In this document: piece after piece, positions 59,139 to 64,000 of the stretch
How positions within the stretch are numbered: position 1 is the stretch's first letter
Layout of the letters: every line of letters begins with the position of its first letter
Assembly: GCA_001600815.1 (NCBI GenBank)
Contig: BCKZ01000011.1
Location: 703,224 to 767,223, forward strand
DNA: 64,000 nucleotides
DNA from: Alloascoidea hylecoeti
Lineage: Eukaryota
Direction of reading: 5' to 3'
Translations under genes and position numbers: made by a program
The notes under the pieces: model-generated
The model's database searches: none
What the model was told of the DNA's origin: nothing
What the model saw: only the letters and a program-made list of their open reading frames with translations

Positions 59139-60317
59139 ATGAGCTACGGAAACAATCAAGGGGTGAGTTATTTATCTGTATTTTTCTGCCAGTTACAGCG
59201 ATCTTATGTGACTTGGTCGGTTCATTTTGGATATTTTTGAACATTTTGGGACATGTTTATATTTTTGTTTCGTCAGCCTCAGGAGTTGGATGAAACACGT
59301 TGAAAGTTGAAACTGGCACGAAAACAACCCTAACGTTCTTGTTTACTAACAATACTTTTATTTTTCCATTTAGAATAATCAAGGGTATGCCTGCTTATTT
59401 TCCATGCGGTTATTTCATGGGGTCTACTTTTTTGATTTTTTTGAGTTTCGTCATGACTAACATTTAATAGACCTAACAACGAATCCCCTAATTCCTATCA
59501 ACAGGATTTCGAGATGAACCCATATAGCGGGGGTGATGACTTCGGCACTTTTATGCAGGACGTTGATGCAATTAATAGGGGGTTAGATCAATATGCTGCC
59601 AATATTAACAACATTCAGGCTGCTCATCAACAACTGTTGAACGAAGTATCGGAAGACCAGGAAGAGCTCCTTACTAAGAAGCTGGACTCTTTGGTTGCTA
59701 CTACTTCAGCTCTTGCTGGAAGCTTAAAAACACAGATCAAACAAGCACAAGGTGAAGGTCAAAATGATAAGGCAAAATACGCTCAAGCAGAAGCGGTTAA
59801 AAACAGATTTTTGGGGTTGATTCAGGATTACAGGAAAGTAGAAGCCGACTATAGAGCTCAAAGTAAGCAACGTGCCGAAAGACAATATAGAATTATTCGC
59901 CCCGAAGCATCCGATTCCGAAGTACAAGATGCCATTGAAGACGCTTCTGGCTCTCAATTATTTTCCCAGGCTCTCTTGAATGCAAATAGAAGAGGTGAAG
60001 CTAGGTCGGCTCTTAATGAAGTTCAATCACGTCACAGAGAACTACAAAAATTAGAGAAAACAATGGGTGAATTAAACCAATTGTTTCATGACATGGAGGA
60101 ACTTGTTGCCGAACAAGAAGCTCCTATCCAAGAAGTCGACGAACAGGTCGAAGCTGCTCAGGGTGATATTGAACAGGGAACAGGACATACAAGTAAGGCT
60201 GTGGTGAGTGCAAGAAAGGCAAGAAGGAAGAAGTGTTGGTGTTTTTGGATTTTGGTGCTCATTATCTGTATTATCATTGCTGCAGTTGTTGGTGGTGTTG
60301 TTGGTTCAAGGAATTAA
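59139..60317 (+). CDS. SSO1: Plasma-membrane syntaxin (Sso1/2); three exons (59139-59162, 59374-59384, 59471-60317)
   Basis: MSYGNNQG|NNQG|PNNESPNSYQQDFEMNPY...RQYRII.P...FSQALLNANRRGEARSALNEVQSRH, then a SNARE motif and a C-terminal TM. Introns read GTGAGT...TACTAAC...TAG and GTATGC...GACTAAC...TAG. Confidence 0.9.
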
Positions 60318-61213
60318 ACAAATTGGCTTTGTATCATACATTGTTAACTAAAGTTACATCCTTCCTGATAAAATCATTGTTATTATCTTTTACTCTTTCT
60401 TTACTAACTTTCTGTTAAATGTTTTTCTATTTATTTAATTAATCAGACCCTACTTAATACTTTGTTTTAGCAAATCAACAATAATACTTGTTATAAATTC
60501 TACCTAATTTTTACGTTTAATTAATATGTTTATATATATTTCATTTTCAAACATATATCCAGTACTCTTAATATGTTCGAGTAGCTATTTTATATGTTAT
60601 ATAATCTTTTTCCGCAGAATAATGAAATAGTCTTATAAATGTCAAAATAAAATTAAAGTTTGTATCTAATTATAAAATATAGTATTAGGCAGTTGCACTG
60701 CCATTATTAATGGCACTCAAATATATGATATAATTTCTCAAATTAAATATAAATCATATGAAATAATAGAACTTCTTTATTTTAATTATGCTCAGTACTG
60801 CCACTTGCACTAGAAAATACAGCTTACAATTGCAACATTTATTATTAATGTTAGCAGGCAAACCAAATGTATAACCCTCATTATTAATTTGAATATAATG
60901 TTACCTCAATCGCAGAACCATTAACCACTAGCCGTTTATCATAAAGATTTAACGAAGAGAAATGTTAATTATATATATATTATTCTGTTATTTCAATTGG
61001 ACAATATTAAATCGCACATGAATGTTGACCCAAGATGATAGAGCTAAAAAGTCACAATATTATATTCAAGCTCGACCTCAAGTGCAATCGAAAGATTACC
61101 TTTACAATAACACTAAATGCTCAAGAGTGTATTGATGCTTAGATGTTGGGAGCTATTATCAATGTTTACTGCAATACCTATAAATCTAGATGTTTTATAT
61201 ATATTGTACTGTA

Positions 61214-62870
61214 CTAAAAAATCCCTTCAATAAATGTCCCATTTTTCATAATAAATGTCCCTAATTTTGGAATTACTTCTACCTGAAACGGCTCAAATGG
61301 AAATGATTCACCATCGACACTAATATAACCAGAGTCAACCTTAGGTATTAATCGATATGCTGTGATCTTTGAATAATGTACTTGGGGTTCGGAGAATGGT
61401 GACCCTTTATCAATATTGGTGAGGATTTTGAGACTGTCCAAAAAGGAGACTCTAGAATCCATCATGACAAGATCCATTGCACCATCATCTGGAAGACAGG
61501 CGGGAAAAAAGAGTGTATCTGGTGCCATATATGGCATCTTTCCAACATAAAATATTGCAATGTTCCTTGTGAAAGATGTTTCAAGTTGTTCCCAGTCACT
61601 TGCGACCGGCTCTTCCAGAGATGGAAAGTTTCCTAACATATATTTAGGATGATCGGATTCAGATTCAAGCAAACCTGAAGAACTGTATTCTCTAACTTCT
61701 TCTTGAGTTCTTTTTGATTTAGAGTCATATTCAAGTCCATCGGATGCCTGGTCAGAGTCCAATTCATTTAAGTCTTGTCTTTTATTTGAGTGTGCCTCAT
61801 ACGTCTTTCTAACTTCAAGTTTACTTTTCGCAGAGTATTTGATAAAGATATCACATGGATATTTTGTCCTAATCAATCGCCGATGTAAAACTCCAAGATC
61901 AAATCTAGCGGGGCCTAGCCATCTCATATTCTCAGTTCCTATGTCACAGTCGGCAATCAAACCATATGTCTGACTCAAGAATGAAAGGCTAGTTCGTTTA
62001 TGGCTACCAGTTCCTTGTGTTAAAGCCATTAAATCAACTTTAGTTGCAATCCCTTTTATGGAAGCTAACGCGGATAAGCTTGGACTAGTAGAGCCAACAC
62101 AGCTGACCGAGAAGGCATTTCCCGATCCACATGGTAATTGCACTATTGGAGTATTCAATGCTTCTTTGGCATCTTGCCTGTTGAAAAACCCATTAAGAAC
62201 TTCGTGGGGAATACCATCCCCTGAAGCACAAGCTACCACATCATATGAATTAATATCTAACTCACTTGCAATATCATAAGCATGGTGATGGTACTGGGTT
62301 TCGCATATTCTAATGTTAGTTTTTGCGGCAACGAAGATAGGAGCACATGAGTTCTCGTAGATTTTAAAAGCATTTCCCTGGCCTCCGTGAGGATTTATTA
62401 AAATCAATAGTTTTCTCTGCACTTTGGAACCCCTATATGATAAATCAATAATTTGTTCAGTTAATTCTTGGGCTCGATCGTAGGGAGAGTTGTTATTTCT
62501 AAGAGGATCAAATTGTAGCATCACATTATATGGTTTCACGGTTGTTCTATCAGTATATCGAGCAAATGTTACTAAAATTGATATATATCGATCAGACTCT
62601 CTACTAGTTTTATTTTCAGCCCAAAGAATGTTATAGAATGGTATTATATTTCTAAATAAATTATTATTCTCTAAAAAATAGCGTTAGATTGGTTCTTAAA
62701 GAATGGACCCTGCAAATGAACTCACCCATGGGAACGCAAAAACAGGCCCCGAATATTGAACTGTCCGCATCAAGACTGAGTATATTTGTGTCTTGGTTTT
62801 CTTGAATAACAACCCCAAAATCATTGAGAGATTCAGCTTTAGCAATTAATAAACCGGTTTGAGAACTCAT
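61214..62870 (-). CDS. LCB4: Sphingoid long-chain base kinase; two exons (62870-62726, 62670-61214)
   Basis: LINPHGGQG, ASGDGIPHEVLNG, LPCGSGNA, DIGTENMRWLGPARF and ISVDGE motifs. A 55-nt intron 62725-62671 (GTGAGT...TCTAAC...TAG) joins in frame to IPFYNILWAE. Confidence 0.88.
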
Positions 62871-64000
62871 TGAATATATATATGCTATGATTAAAGATAA
62901 CCGGGACTTTCGGTTCGAGTTCCTATCACTCTGATAATTACGGGATTTGAATTAGTTAAATTTATAGGATTTTATTCCAATAGTCGTGATGTATTAATCG
63001 TGTAAAGATTTATAACCAAAGTAAAGGTGGGTGTAAGTTATTATTAGTATCATTATATCAAATTTATTATGCTTCCGGCTCCGGGTATTGTGAACGTGAT
63101 ATCTGATAAATCCTTCTCCACTCATTTACAAACCAAAAAAATGTTATCAGCACAAACATTACAAGACTTATTTAATTAATTTAAGATTTTTAGTGAACCT
63201 ATCTGCTAAATTTTGGTAAGTTGGTCCGTAAGGTTAAATTAAAAAAAAAAAATTCGTTGATTTTGGGAAAGCAGATTGGCTTACATGATGATAATAGTTA
63301 ATTAGTGATAACAATTTGCTCATATATAAAACTTTACATGTAACTTATAGTATTATCTACCAATTGCAATTAACTCATTTTATTTCACCAATTCTATTGT
63401 TTTGGGTGTTTTTGATGATCAAATTTGCGATATAAATATATGGTAGTAGATAAATTTAACTATTACCAGTAGGAATGAAAGAATAAGATTCAGGTGTTTC
63501 GGTGTACTTATTTATATTTAATCTATTTATTGAGTCTAGGGCAGTCTAGACTTTGAATGAGTATAAGTAAATGAGATGATGAAGCATGAATGAGATGAAA
63601 GATCATCTTACAGTGTTTTGCGTTAATATCGACCATATGATCACTAAGTAATCGGACACTTGGAGGACTAATTATTTGAAAACGCGTACGAAAAAGGGCA
63701 CTAACTTATACATAGCTTAAAATTAAAGAAGTGAAAGATAATCAGATTATTCGCACACGTTTTCGAATAATTAGTCCTCCAAGTGTCTGATATTAATTGA
63801 AAATACTATATCATCTCAATCACTCTTTATCTTAAATATTCGCCCACCTTTGCGTAAATATCCGATTACGTGATGTAATAATATTCAACCATATTTTAAA
63901 CTAAATATCAGGCCATTTCATGCAAAAGGTTCGATGATCTATTAGTTAATGTATTCGCCCACTTATTAAGTTAAATATTGGACTACTTCACGCATAATGA

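Noticed and set aside
1..64000. Alternative CUG (Ser/Ala) genetic code
   Set aside because: CTG occupies conserved Leu positions (RPL23 NRLPAA, RHO3 TSLLNVF, TES1 QSLLAA), consistent with the standard code.
1..64000. CRISPR arrays, rRNA or prokaryotic operons
   Set aside because: No regular repeat-spacer structure or rRNA sequence; the DNA is eukaryotic with spliceosomal introns.

Overview
AT-rich eukaryotic DNA from a budding yeast (Saccharomycotina), probably an early-diverging, moderately intron-containing lineage. Introns are short with GTATGT/GTAAGT/GTGAGT donors and CTAAC/CTAAT branch points. CTG falls at conserved Leu positions in RPL23 and RHO3, indicating the standard code. The window holds conserved housekeeping genes: a thiolase 3' end, a PST2-like flavodoxin, MIA40, a Rab GTPase, MET30, TES1, RPL23, an AVT transporter, RPC31, INN1, THO2, RHO3, HEM13, an SSO syntaxin and an LCB4/5 kinase. 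It also holds two PDR12-like ABC transporter paralogues and one tRNA-Ala(UGC). A gene-poor stretch at about 19.6-35.9 kb contains orphan ORFs. Two look like highly diverged small heat-shock (alpha-crystallin) genes, and one intact 285-aa ORF resembles a negative-strand RNA virus nucleocapsid (candidate endogenous viral element). Not visible in the ORF track are a decayed L1-type LINE 3' end (~27.2-27.7 kb), a decayed Tc1/mariner transposase (~42.5-43.4 kb), an 11-nt microexon in the syntaxin gene, and two intron-like signals antisense to the TES1 promoter. All family assignments are by eye from remembered motifs; no searches were run.
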